From NCBI GenBank assembly GCA_965223665.1, contig OZ245011.1, positions 2,080,001 through 2,144,000 of the forward strand: DNA of 64,000 nucleotides. Direction: 5' to 3'. Shown one piece after another: positions 10,675 to 19,914 of this stretch. Position 1 is the stretch's first letter. Every line of letters starts with the position of its first letter. The notes below the pieces were generated by a model. The model made no database searches, was not told where the DNA came from, and was given only the letters and a program-made list of their open reading frames with translations. The position numbers and the translations under genes were made by a program. The DNA is from Nitrospinaceae bacterium (GTDB lineage: Bacteria > Nitrospinota > Nitrospinia > Nitrospinales > Nitrospinaceae).

Positions 10675-10782
10675 TTTACCTTTTTTGGTCTATATGATAA
10701 CATACTCTGGATGTGGTGTGTGTACCATGCCGGGTCACTGACCAAACCCCTCAGGTTGGGACCCGGCAAAACACGCGTTTTT
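10675..10782 (+). ncRNA. Candidate small RNA (promoter, hairpin, T-run)
   Basis: TTTACC-N17-TAACAT with TG extension; stem TGCCGGGTC...GACCCGGCA extended by GTGT/ACAC; TTTTT after. Confidence 0.35.
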
Positions 10783-10859
10783 AAACCTTTTCTTTTTAAC
10801 GCAATCCTACCCTTTCTTAAAAACATACCCTTTTTTAGTTAATTTTTCCAGCGCCAAAT

Positions 10860-11105
10860 TCAGCTCTCAGGATCTATCCGTATTTCAGACTTCCTGTTTT
10901 TTAAAGCCCAATAGACTCCCGAGTAAATTGCCAAAAGAATGATTAAAAATCCGACCGGTCCCGTTCCCCCAAAAAAAGCAATCGGGGCTGCCAGGGTGGA
11001 AAAGAAAAATATTTCAAAGAGAAAAAACTCAGACCATATTTTTTTGGATAAGTAATGACTCCTACACAAAATAGTGTATATTTTCAATAAAAAGGACTCT
11101 TTCAT
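10860..11105 (-). CDS. Small two-TM membrane protein
   Basis: 81 aa, two hydrophobic helices, ATG start. Confidence 0.5.
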   Translation of the reverse strand: MKESFLLKIYTILCRSHYLSKKIWSEFFLFEIFFFSTLAAPIAFFGGTGPVGFLIILLAIYSGVYWALKNRKSEIRIDPES

Positions 11106-11131
11106 TTTGAATCTGACCTTAGGAGGAAACC

Positions 11132-12367
11132 ATGGCGCTTTATGCTTTTGATGGAACGTGGAACGAAGATTCTGAAGACGAAGGCGGCGATACCAATGTC
11201 GTTAAGTTTCGTGAATTGTATATAGGACATTCGACTTACCTTTCCGGCGTGGGCACGCGGGGCGGCCGGTTGGGTAAAGTGTTTGGCGGGTTGTTTGGAT
11301 CCGGCGGGCGCACCCGTATTCGAGAAATGTCCGAAGCGCTGGCAGAAAACTGGAAACAAGGCGATCAGGATGTAGACATCATCGGGTTCAGTCGCGGTGC
11401 GGCCCTGGCCGTGCACTTTGCCAACAAGCTGGAGGAAGACGGAGTGGAACTGGATAAAGGCGAAACCATTAAACCTAAAGTGCGCTTCCTCGGGGTGTGG
11501 GACATTGTCGGTTCGTTTGGCCTCAGTTTTGACACCATCATCAACTTTCAAAAAATCAATCTTGGCTGGGATATCGACCGCATTGGAAATAACGTGAGCC
11601 AATGCTGCCATGCCATGGCTTTGGACGAACGTCGCGAAACATTCGACGTAACCCGTCTCGACCCGGAACATAAATTCCGCAATATTGAAGAACGCTGGTT
11701 CCGCGGAGTGCACAGTGACATCGGCGGCGGTAATCAAAATCCGCTGCGGTCCAACATTCCTCTGCAATGGATGCTGCAACATGCGCTGGATGCCGGAGTG
11801 CCAGTGGATATGGAAAAAGCCAAGCAGGATAAATATCGAAAAATCGATCCGGGGGCAAAAATCAGCGAGAATAAAGATGTCCAAATCGATCCGCGTCGTA
11901 AAGTGTTTGCTAACGATGACATCGACGCCAGCGCGCAGCCGCTGAAACTTGCGGTGGGTGTAGAACACACCTGCACCGTGTGGGCGGAGCTGAAGTATAA
12001 CTGGTCCGGAGTGGCGCTGGAAAAAGGCGGGAAGTATAAAGTGTCGACCGCACCGGGAGATAAGTGGGCCGACGATGAGATCATCCGCGGGCCGGAAGGC
12101 TGGGCCACGTTTGAACTGGATCCGGTGGATCGCGAATTTATAAAACTGTTTGAATCCCGGCGCCGGCATCCGCACGGCAACTGGATGGAACTGATCGGTT
12201 CTTATGGCGATGAAGACGACCACCTGATCCGACTCGGTGATGCCGAGCAGGGATGCGAGTTCGAAGCGAAGCACAATGCCGACCTCTACTTGTTCGCCAA
12301 CGATTTAAAAAAGAAGTACGACAACAACGGCGGCGATTTAAAAGTCACCATCACCCGCACCGCGTGA
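11132..12367 (+). CDS. DUF2235 (Tle1-like) alpha/beta hydrolase with C-terminal beta domain
   Basis: FDGTWN, GFSRGAA nucleophile elbow, LGVWDIV, HAMALDERR, WFRGVHSDIGGG; AGGAGG SD. Confidence 0.9.
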   Translation: MALYAFDGTWNEDSEDEGGDTNVVKFRELYIGHSTYLSGVGTRGGRLGKVFGGLFGSGGRTRIREMSEALAENWKQGDQDVDIIGFSRGAALAVHFANKLEEDGVELDKGETIKPKVRFLGVWDIVGSFGLSFDTIINFQKINLGWDIDRIGNNVSQCCHAMALDERRETFDVTRLDPEHKFRNIEERWFRGVHSDIGGGNQNPLRSNIPLQWMLQHALDAGVPVDMEKAKQDKYRKIDPGAKISENKDVQIDPRRKVFANDDIDASAQPLKLAVGVEHTCTVWAELKYNWSGVALEKGGKYKVSTAPGDKWADDEIIRGPEGWATFELDPVDREFIKLFESRRRHPHGNWMELIGSYGDEDDHLIRLGDAEQGCEFEAKHNADLYLFANDLKKKYDNNGGDLKVTITRTA

Positions 12368-12638
12368 CGCTGCCAGGCCCCGCCTGGCGGGAGAACTGAT
12401 TTTCGATGCGTGGATGTGTGTTCCGAACGCGTAAATATTTTCGAATAGGCGAATTGCCTCCAACCGCAGATTGGCGGTGACTGGCTGGCCGCCAGAGACC
12501 ACTCGCCGTGGAGGCAACTTTAATTTTCGATGATCCGCGACGAGCACCGAAGGCACCGGGCTCACCCACCTCCTCATCCCCAAAATTTTCAAAGCTGTTC
12601 ATTAAATTGTTAAATTAGGGTTAACCAAATGGATAGTT

Positions 12639-13118
12639 TTAATTTTTTTTAAAAGAAAGAATCCATATTACAATTTCTTTGTAAAAAAATATAACTCCAA
12701 GACAAGATAAAATAAAAAATATTAAATAAATAATTAACCCTACTTTCATTCTTGGTGTAACCTCAAAACTATGCCTTTCCGGAAAAGACTCCGCATCTAT
12801 AACTTTTAGCAGAAGAATATTTTTCTTGGAAAAATAGAAATGATACAAATATTTAAAAATTACCTGCAAGAAAGTTTTATATTCTGTATAAATATAGATC
12901 CTTAGGGTTTCTCCAGGTTTAATTTGGACTGTAACCACATCGGATTTATTGAATCTCATTTCCACACGAATTTCGTGTTCTCCAGGTTCAATCGACAAAC
13001 TCTTAGTTTCATTTTCTTTTAGAAGGAGAGCTTCCTTATCATCCACATAAACCTTCGTGGAACGAAATGGATCTATCCCCGTTTCTCTTCGAAAAATTAT
13101 TGAGCCTTTGTTTTCCAT
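12639..13118 (-). CDS. Membrane-anchored hypothetical protein (beta-sandwich + C-terminal TM)
   Basis: KVYVDD...SIEPGEHEIRV pattern; C-terminal hydrophobic helix; AT-rich. Confidence 0.6.
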   Translation of the reverse strand: MENKGSIIFRRETGIDPFRSTKVYVDDKEALLLKENETKSLSIEPGEHEIRVEMRFNKSDVVTVQIKPGETLRIYIYTEYKTFLQVIFKYLYHFYFSKKNILLLKVIDAESFPERHSFEVTPRMKVGLIIYLIFFILSCLGVIFFYKEIVIWILSFKKN

Positions 13119-13124
13119 AGAAAA

Positions 13125-13457
13125 TCAGGACATTTTTAAATAACAGTTAATCGTGCCTGAGATAGAGACCATCATAACAATGATCGACAATACAAGCTGA
13201 AAATAATAATCGAATTTCTTTCCAAACCATTTTTCTTTAAATGACAGGTTTTCATCAGAACAATCAAAAACCGAAGCTCGGTCCTTTTTGGTTTTAATGA
13301 AGTTATGAAGAAACAAACTAAAAAAAAGGAATTGCAAAGCAAAACACCCAATATCTCCCACAATTTCTCCTGTATTCTTTAATTTTTTATTGGAATAGCC
13401 TATTCCCTTTGGGTCTAAACCAAAGGGCATTTTTTTCAGAATTAAATTTTCATCCAA
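13125..13457 (-). CDS. Small two-TM hypothetical protein
   Basis: Two hydrophobic segments; AT-rich; 6 bp from the next gene. Confidence 0.5.
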   Translation of the reverse strand: MDENLILKKMPFGLDPKGIGYSNKKLKNTGEIVGDIGCFALQFLFFSLFLHNFIKTKKDRASVFDCSDENLSFKEKWFGKKFDYYFQLVLSIIVMMVSISGTINCYLKMS

Positions 13458-13565
13458 TTATAGCGTATCGAACCACGCGGAGGGAGAGGAGAAAATGGTT
13501 TTTTGATTTGTGACGAAAGGAAATAGGAGAATGGGGTAAGAAGTTTTCGATTGGCAGTGAGCAAG

Positions 13566-13620
13566 GAAATACGAAAATAACAGCGGCGACTTAAAAGTCA
13601 CTATCACTCGTACAGGTAAA
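13566..13620 (+). pseudogene. Diverged remnant of the DUF2235 3' end
   Basis: Encodes KYENNSGDLKVTITRTG versus KYDNNGGDLKVTITRTA in 11132-12367. Confidence 0.75.
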
Positions 13621-13686
13621 AACGTACCTCACTGGGACTGGGTATAAAAAATTCTCGGATTTTTTCCAAACAAGGTTGACGGAAGT

Positions 13687-14124
13687 TTATTTTATTTTTT
13701 CAAGCAATTCAGCGGCAATGAGCCAACCATCTACTCCGCGCCAGTTTTGAGAAAGTTCACTTGGTGTCCCTGGCATTATCATAACTCCCTCTCCCCCACC
13801 CCTAAGAACTTCATCGGAATCCACAAATCGAACTTCAGCAAAACGATTCACAAATTCTTTTTCATTATTTATACCGTCTTGGAGTGGACGAAGAGAACAA
13901 CCTCCACAATGACTTCCATCATTGTCACACTGCCGAGTTTTACAATATTTAAAAACATTTTTAAGATCATAAATGGAAATTTTTTCTGACAAAGAATTTA
14001 AAAATGAATCAATACCCTCGTGCTTACAATCCAACACAATATCAAAAACCGTAAGCTTAGTTCCTTCTAAGTGAGGGTTCTCATTAATTTGGTTATTCAC
14101 AATCACATATCGATATTCTGGCAT
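13687..14124 (-). CDS. Putative immunity protein with DUF433 (VapB45-like) N-terminus and Cys-rich region
   Basis: INENPHLEGTKLTVFDIV resembles the DUF433 GxPxIxGTRxxV motif; ATG overlaps the toxin stop (TAATG). Confidence 0.7.
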   Translation of the reverse strand: MPEYRYVIVNNQINENPHLEGTKLTVFDIVLDCKHEGIDSFLNSLSEKISIYDLKNVFKYCKTRQCDNDGSHCGGCSLRPLQDGINNEKEFVNRFAEVRFVDSDEVLRGGGEGVMIMPGTPSELSQNWRGVDGWLIAAELLEKIK

Positions 14125-15432
14125 TACAATCCACTCTTTAAAATACGTAAAATATCATCAAAGTTTCGAACCCTTGAATCTACCTGAATGGCATTATTTC
14201 CAAACCCCTGACCGATCTGACGTCCACGATCTCTAGTTAAAACCTTTGCACCAATTTTATTTGCAAGCTGATTAATTGCAGAATCTCCAACATCTTTTCC
14301 AAAAATTTCACTTACAGATCGAACATTAAATCCATTAACACGGAGTATATCAACTAAGCCTTTAGCCTCCAAGTTTGTATCAAGAATAATTGGGGTTCCT
14401 GAATCTGAAAAACCTGCTTTCTTTCTCAGAATCGCCCTAGTTGTATTGACTAACGACCCGAAATTTTTAGGATTTTTTCCAAATCCACTAATGAAATTAA
14501 AAATCTTTGAAAAAAAGTTCTTAATGGGATTTTTCCCAATACTAACCAAAACTCCAGCGATTCCTATTCCAACTTTCCCAATTGAGGCAAAATCATAAGG
14601 AGCAAACAGAGGATCTTCAAGACCCAATCCATCAAAAGCACCAGTATAAGAAGATTCGAATCCAAAAAAATGAACATTTTTATCCAAATTGAGACCTCCC
14701 AATAAATTTGGATTACTTGATTTTTCAGCAAAAGGATTTTTGAGATCAGCAAAATCAAGAACTTCGCCATATCGACTATAAACACCACCTTGAATTTCTC
14801 CTACAAACCCCTGTCCACCTCCATCCAGACCTCCACCTAAATCATAGGAGAACGGTTCATATTCAAAGTGCCGAGAGATATCGCTCAAATGCCGCTCCCT
14901 GGAATTACCGCCTAAATAACCCCCTCCAAAACTGTAATCAGGGAAACTTCCTGAGGGATCGGTATAAATAATGGGGTTGTTGCGGACATAGCTGTAGCGG
15001 TTCAAATCCTGTGGGTTGAACGGATCCGGCACAATGGAATCGGATTGAATAAATCGTCCTAAATTTGGATCATAGTAACGCGCCTCATAGAAATAGAGAT
15101 CGGTACTGTCGTCCAACTCCTTGCCGGTGAATTTGTAGCGGGAATTAAACGGCCCGTCATTATCGTTCACCTTGCCGTAAGGATAGTAAGAAACATCCTG
15201 GACATTGTTTCCATTGCTGTCGGTGACCACACTTGTAGAACTCAGGTGATCATCGTGAAAATACAACGGGTTCGTGCCGTTGGAGTTCATCTGCGCAATA
15301 CGAAAGCCACCGGCAAAAATAAAATTGATGCAATTTCCGTTCTCACAAACATGAAGTTGACCGATGTAAATGGTATCGACACCATTAACGGTTTTTTTCA
15401 CGCGACCGCCGTCCCCGTCGTACTCAAACTTG
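14124..15432 (-). pseudogene. Orphan 5'-truncated Rhs core + C-terminal PIN-like (DUF5615/Mut7-C type) toxin
   Basis: HDDHLSSTSVVTD, YYPYG, KFTGKELD, ARYYDPNLGRFIQSD, LNRYSYVRNNPIIYTDPSG; CT PIILDTNL...LRVNGFNVRSV...DSAI...VLTRDR; no start of its own. Confidence 0.85.
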
Positions 15433-16112
15433 GTGACATCGGCGGCGGTAATCAAAATCCGCTGCGGTCCAACATTCCTCTGCAATGGATGCTGCAACAT
15501 GCGCTCGATGCCGGAGTGCCAGTGGATATGGAAAAAGCCAAGCAGGATAAATATCGAAAAATCGATCCGGGGGCAAAGATCAGCGAGAATAAAGATGTCC
15601 AAATCGATCCGCGTCGTAAAGTGTTTGCTAACGATGACATCGACGCCAGCGCGCAGCCGCTGAAACTTGCGGTGGGTGTAGAACACACCTGCACCGTGTG
15701 GGCGGAGCTGAAGTACAACTGGTCCGGAGTGGCGCTGGAAAAAGGCGGGAAGTATAAAGTGTCGACCGCACCGGGAGATAAGTGGGCCGACGATGAGATC
15801 ATCCGCGGACCGGAAGGCTGGGCCACGTTTGAACTGGATCCGGTGGATCGCGAATTTATAAAACTGTTTGAATCCCGGCGCCGGCATCCGCACGGCAACT
15901 GGATGGAACTGATCGGTTCTTATGGCGATGAAGACGACCACCTGATCCGGCTCGGTGATGCCGAGCAGGGATGCGAGTTCGAAGCAGAGCACAATGCCGA
16001 CCTCTACTTGTTCGCCAACGATTTAAAAAAGAAGTACGCCAACAACAGCGGCGATTTAAAAGTTACCATCACCCGCACCGCGTGACGCTGCCAGGCCCCG
16101 CCTGGCGGGAGA
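15433..16112 (+). repeat. Near-identical ~680-bp duplicate of the DUF2235 3' half (11715-12394)
   Basis: Identical from GTGACATCGGCGGC through the stop and downstream palindrome with few substitutions; lacks the catalytic Ser region. Confidence 0.95.
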
Positions 16113-16263
16113 ATTGATTTGCGATGACTGGCTGGCCGCCATGGACCACTCGCCGTGGAGGCAACTTATATTTACGATTATCCTCAGTGGACGCAAAGTC
16201 CTCAGAAACTTTTTAAAAGTTACGACCTTCACAAAAAAATCTAAAAAGGAAAGTCGAAGCGCT

Positions 16264-16292
16264 CCCTCTTTTTAAAGAGGGCTGGGGTGATT
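16264..16292 (+). repeat. REP/MITE-like repeat copy
   Basis: CCCTCTTTTTAAAGAGGGCTGGGGTGATT. Confidence 0.8.
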
Positions 16293-16313
16293 TTCCTCTG
16301 TTTCTTGTAAAGC

Positions 16314-16775
16314 TCATAAAATATTTTTCATACTTAAAGGGAACATATTTAATATATTCCATAGACCAATTATTGAATTACCCGCTGGAGCCCAAATGAA
16401 TTGGCCGGTTCTTTTTAACTCGAGCAATGTGCATTTTGTTTTTATGTCTTCTGGAGGAGCTCCCGGAGGAAGATAAATCATCTTTCCCCCTGGAACATCC
16501 TCAATGTTCACCAACACCAGTTTTTTGTCGTAAAAAGAGGCCACGGCTCTAGTGCCCATAGCAGTCCATTTTTCTTCACTCTCCCAGAATATGATTACGG
16601 GATAAATATTTTCGGGTATCGTTTTAATAATTATGTTGGCCCGTTCAGTGGAAATATCAGAAAACTTAAAACATTGTTCTCCAAATATTTTATGCTTTCC
16701 AGCTTTCCAAAGAATTCGGTTACTGTACCACTCATCTTTTTTCTGAATTTCTTCCATATCTTCTTTCATATTCAA
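16314..16775 (-). CDS. Hypothetical protein, possible orphan immunity protein
   Basis: 153 aa, AT-rich, in a run with an Imm33-like gene. Confidence 0.6.
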   Translation of the reverse strand: MNMKEDMEEIQKKDEWYSNRILWKAGKHKIFGEQCFKFSDISTERANIIIKTIPENIYPVIIFWESEEKWTAMGTRAVASFYDKKLVLVNIEDVPGGKMIYLPPGAPPEDIKTKCTLLELKRTGQFIWAPAGNSIIGLWNILNMFPLSMKNIL

Positions 16776-16812
16776 ATCAATTTAATCTGCTTCATTTAAT
16801 CAAGTGGCAATA

Positions 16813-17103
16813 TCAAAGTTCTACTTCTTCCCAGGGGGAAGATTCGTCTTTGCGGACGATGGCCAGGTTGGCGGGGGTGTCGATATATTCCTCAAGTGTC
16901 GGTTCAATTTTTAAAACATCCTCCACCGAACACACTTTCGCGTTTTCCCAGTCTTCCTCGTCGGTCGAGTTACACAAAAATTGCCAGCCGCTGTCGTATT
17001 CCTCTTCCGGTTCATCGCGAACGGCTAACAGTATCGGTGATTTTCCTTCCGCAATATGCGAACACAACACCACTGCCAATTCTCGACCAATCTTCTCTTC
17101 CAC
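16813..17103 (-). CDS. DUF2185/Imm33-like immunity protein
   Basis: AVRDEPEEEYDSGWQFL motif; AGGAG SD before GTG. Confidence 0.75.
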   Translation of the reverse strand: MEEKIGRELAVVLCSHIAEGKSPILLAVRDEPEEEYDSGWQFLCNSTDEEDWENAKVCSVEDVLKIEPTLEEYIDTPANLAIVRKDESSPWEEVEL

Positions 17104-17120
17104 TATTTTCTCCTGAAAAG

Positions 17121-17975
17121 TTAATTGATATCACTCATTGTATTTTCAACCATTCTTCGAATTTCCCTATCAGCCAACAAGGGCTCTAATATACCCAACA
17201 ACTGTTCTTTTTTTGCATCAGGATTTAAGCGGGCTAAACGACCTAGGCAGGCTACAGTCACCATGCGAACCTCAATAGCCTCATGCTTTAACAAAGGTAA
17301 ACATTTTTCAAGAAGCCAGTCATAATCAGAAATAAAATGTACCGCTCCAATAATGGCATCGGTCATTCTAAAAATATCTTTTCCTTCAATAGCATGAGAG
17401 AATTCTTTTTTGCTTATTTCTTCTGGTTCCGTATATTTCACATCTATTAGTCCCAAAATTGAATGACCGGATTTAATGGCATCGATTCCCTCAGCCCAAT
17501 CCGATTCATCGTCCTCCTCAAACAATGGGATTTGACCAAGATAGGGAGTCACCGCATCCAGGTAAGCAACCACCACCTCTTTTTCTTTAGTCGGCCATGA
17601 TGAAAATTTTAATTTTTCTAAGTTTTCAAACAGATTCAATCCATACAAATCATTCTGAGACTCCGGTGGGGCTAGCACTTCCAGTATACGGGGAAGAAAA
17701 TATTTATATTTTTCAACTCCATAAAAATGGTCGAAAACTTCATGGAGAAGTATTCGAGCCATATCTGTGTTTATTTCAGCCACCGGAGTGGACTTTAAAT
17801 ATTCCATCTCCTTTTCGGTGTAACATACCGGACAAAAATCTATCCCTTTCCCATCATATATTGAGAATTGTTCGTACAGTTGAGCAATGGCGGATTTCAG
17901 CTCTGCGGGCCGCAGCTCCGGATTCTCCTTTCTCAAGTCTTTAGTTTGTTGCTTCTTAAAAAAATTGAAAACCAT
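17121..17975 (-). CDS. Two-domain hypothetical protein, C-terminal HEAT-like immunity-type helices
   Basis: N-terminal CPVC...YKYFLPRILE domain; C-terminal DWLLEKCLPLLKH...VRMVTVACLGRLAR. Confidence 0.6.
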   Translation of the reverse strand: MVFNFFKKQQTKDLRKENPELRPAELKSAIAQLYEQFSIYDGKGIDFCPVCYTEKEMEYLKSTPVAEINTDMARILLHEVFDHFYGVEKYKYFLPRILEVLAPPESQNDLYGLNLFENLEKLKFSSWPTKEKEVVVAYLDAVTPYLGQIPLFEEDDESDWAEGIDAIKSGHSILGLIDVKYTEPEEISKKEFSHAIEGKDIFRMTDAIIGAVHFISDYDWLLEKCLPLLKHEAIEVRMVTVACLGRLARLNPDAKKEQLLGILEPLLADREIRRMVENTMSDIN

Positions 17976-18198
17976 TTCATTGTCAGGTTGACGTTTTTAA
18001 TCGAGTTTCTATCATCCCCTGCCATTCTACTAAAAACTTTGTAAAGTGGGTGGGTATTTTGAATATTTTTTTAGCCAAAACAGGTTGGTTTTATGGGTGA
18101 GTCGAAGGTCAGATGAAGTTTTGATTATCCATCGAGTTTGTGCTAAAACTCTCAGACTGTGTTATTTCTCGAAATCATTTTATAGGATTTTCAATATC

Positions 18199-18882
18199 GT
18201 GCGTTACCGATTGTTAAAAAGTTTAATGTTGCTTTTGGGTATACTCCTTCTTCTTTCAGGATGCTCATCTGTTCCTGCTACTTTTAAAGAAATTTTGAAA
18301 AAGAAGCCCGCCCTTTCCCTGGGACTCAACGAAACCGCACATCCATTTCAACTTTACAAAATAAAAATGGATTTGTGGGAGCAACAACAGACCGGCCGGG
18401 CCAAACGGTTGTGCAGGGGAAATTCCTGCTCTAATAAACCGAGAATAAACTGGCTTGGAAATTTTGACGTCACGACCCAGAAAATCGCAAACTATTTTTA
18501 TGAGAAGTTTAAAGAATCCGGTTATCCCGTTCGAAAGACTATTATTAAAAAGGAAAGGCCTTCTAAAAAAATTATCGATCCCCAAAACTCTTTTGAAGAA
18601 GAAACGAAGAGGTTCCCCAATTTCCTGATCGGTGGGAAAATCGTTGAGTATAAACCCGCTTATAAAATGTCCGAGTTTTTTATTACCGAAGGCGCTTATT
18701 TAATAATCTTATGGCAAGTTTATTCCAAAGAAAAAAGGGAAGTGGTCTTTGAAGTTCTTACGATTGGGGCTACCGCAAATCCAGGAAGCATTTCTCAAGG
18801 GTTTAATTTTGCCTTACTGAATAATATAGACAATTTATTGGGTGATAAATCGTTTAATGAATTTATTAAAATCAAACATTGA
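18199..18882 (+). CDS. Lipoprotein, paralog of the next gene
   Basis: GTG 18199; lipobox LLSGC; shares FQL, FYE/D.F...GY and DxxFNEFIK with 18895-19617. Confidence 0.7.
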   Translation: MRYRLLKSLMLLLGILLLLSGCSSVPATFKEILKKKPALSLGLNETAHPFQLYKIKMDLWEQQQTGRAKRLCRGNSCSNKPRINWLGNFDVTTQKIANYFYEKFKESGYPVRKTIIKKERPSKKIIDPQNSFEEETKRFPNFLIGGKIVEYKPAYKMSEFFITEGAYLIILWQVYSKEKREVVFEVLTIGATANPGSISQGFNFALLNNIDNLLGDKSFNEFIKIKH

Positions 18883-18894
18883 TTAGACTCGAAT

Positions 18895-19617
18895 ATGAAG
18901 ATAACCACAACTCACTTTAAATTCACCCGGGTCGGTTCAAGATTTCCCGTCCTGATATTTTATATCACTGCATCGTTGACCCTGTTATTCGGTTGTTCCA
19001 CTCCGGCCAAACTGGAAACTCGTACCGTAGCAAAGGAAGAAATCCAGGAACCCATCAAGATGAAAAAAACCAAAACGTTTCAGCTTGGAGAGATAATACT
19101 TGGATTCGATCATGGAACTGTCATCGGAACCAAGAAATCGCTGTTATTAGGACTGGTGGGTTGTGTCGGTTCCGAGAAAATTAAATGGGAAGGTAAAACC
19201 ACAATCACTCAAGATAATTTTTATGCTATTTTTTACGACGAATTTCGCCGGGACGGTTACCAGGTTTTAGGCGACCCGCGTGAACTCTTTCCTCCCAAAA
19301 ATCCGGAAACTCCAGAGTTGGTCGTCGGCGTTAAAATTCTTAAGGCAAAACTTGATCATTGCTCCGACAACCAAAGTTTATATTCCAAAAGAGATGTGAC
19401 CTTAAAAATTCAATTTGAATTTTATTCCGTAAGTTTAGAAAAAGTAATGTTTGAAATTATTACGGAATCTTCCATTACAGGGTATGAGAACGGGACGGAA
19501 TTAGGGGCTTTCCTGGAAACCTTTCGCGGAAACGTGAAACAAATTATTCAGGATGAAAAGTTCAATGAGTTTATTAAATCAGGGTCTGAAACCCCGTCAC
19601 CCTTTATTAAAAGCTGA
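18895..19617 (+). CDS. Lipoprotein
   Basis: Lipobox LLFGC; paralogous to the upstream gene. Confidence 0.75.
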   Translation: MKITTTHFKFTRVGSRFPVLIFYITASLTLLFGCSTPAKLETRTVAKEEIQEPIKMKKTKTFQLGEIILGFDHGTVIGTKKSLLLGLVGCVGSEKIKWEGKTTITQDNFYAIFYDEFRRDGYQVLGDPRELFPPKNPETPELVVGVKILKAKLDHCSDNQSLYSKRDVTLKIQFEFYSVSLEKVMFEIITESSITGYENGTELGAFLETFRGNVKQIIQDEKFNEFIKSGSETPSPFIKS

Positions 19618-19914
19618 GAGGAGAATGAAAGGCCCGCTCCAACCAACACGTTCCATCAACCCGAATTTAAGCCAAATAAACTAAAGCTCAATTAACGTAC
19701 GCGTGGGTTCCTTATATAACAGGGACCTTCTTAAAAGAGACTGCTTTTTATAGGCCGGGGAATGCAACGGCGGAATCTCTGCGCTCACCTTCACCGCCCG
19801 TGTGTTTAAAATCGTTATTTTATATTTTGTTTTATTGGGTTTCGTATCCATTTTAATTCTAAAGCTCCATACGGTTTGACACATTTTTTTAAACGGCATT
19901 TTTCCAACATCCCT

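Noticed and set aside
11102-12274. 390-aa minus-strand ORF
   Set aside because: Antisense shadow of the GC-rich DUF2235 gene; most other short overlapping ORFs in the track were dropped for the same reason
14124-15992. 622-aa ORF as a full Rhs protein
   Set aside because: Its first ~187 codons are the antisense of the DUF2235 duplicate, so it is a junction chimera
15246-16085. 279-aa ORF as a functional hydrolase
   Set aside because: The N-terminus is antisense Rhs and the GFSRG catalytic region is absent
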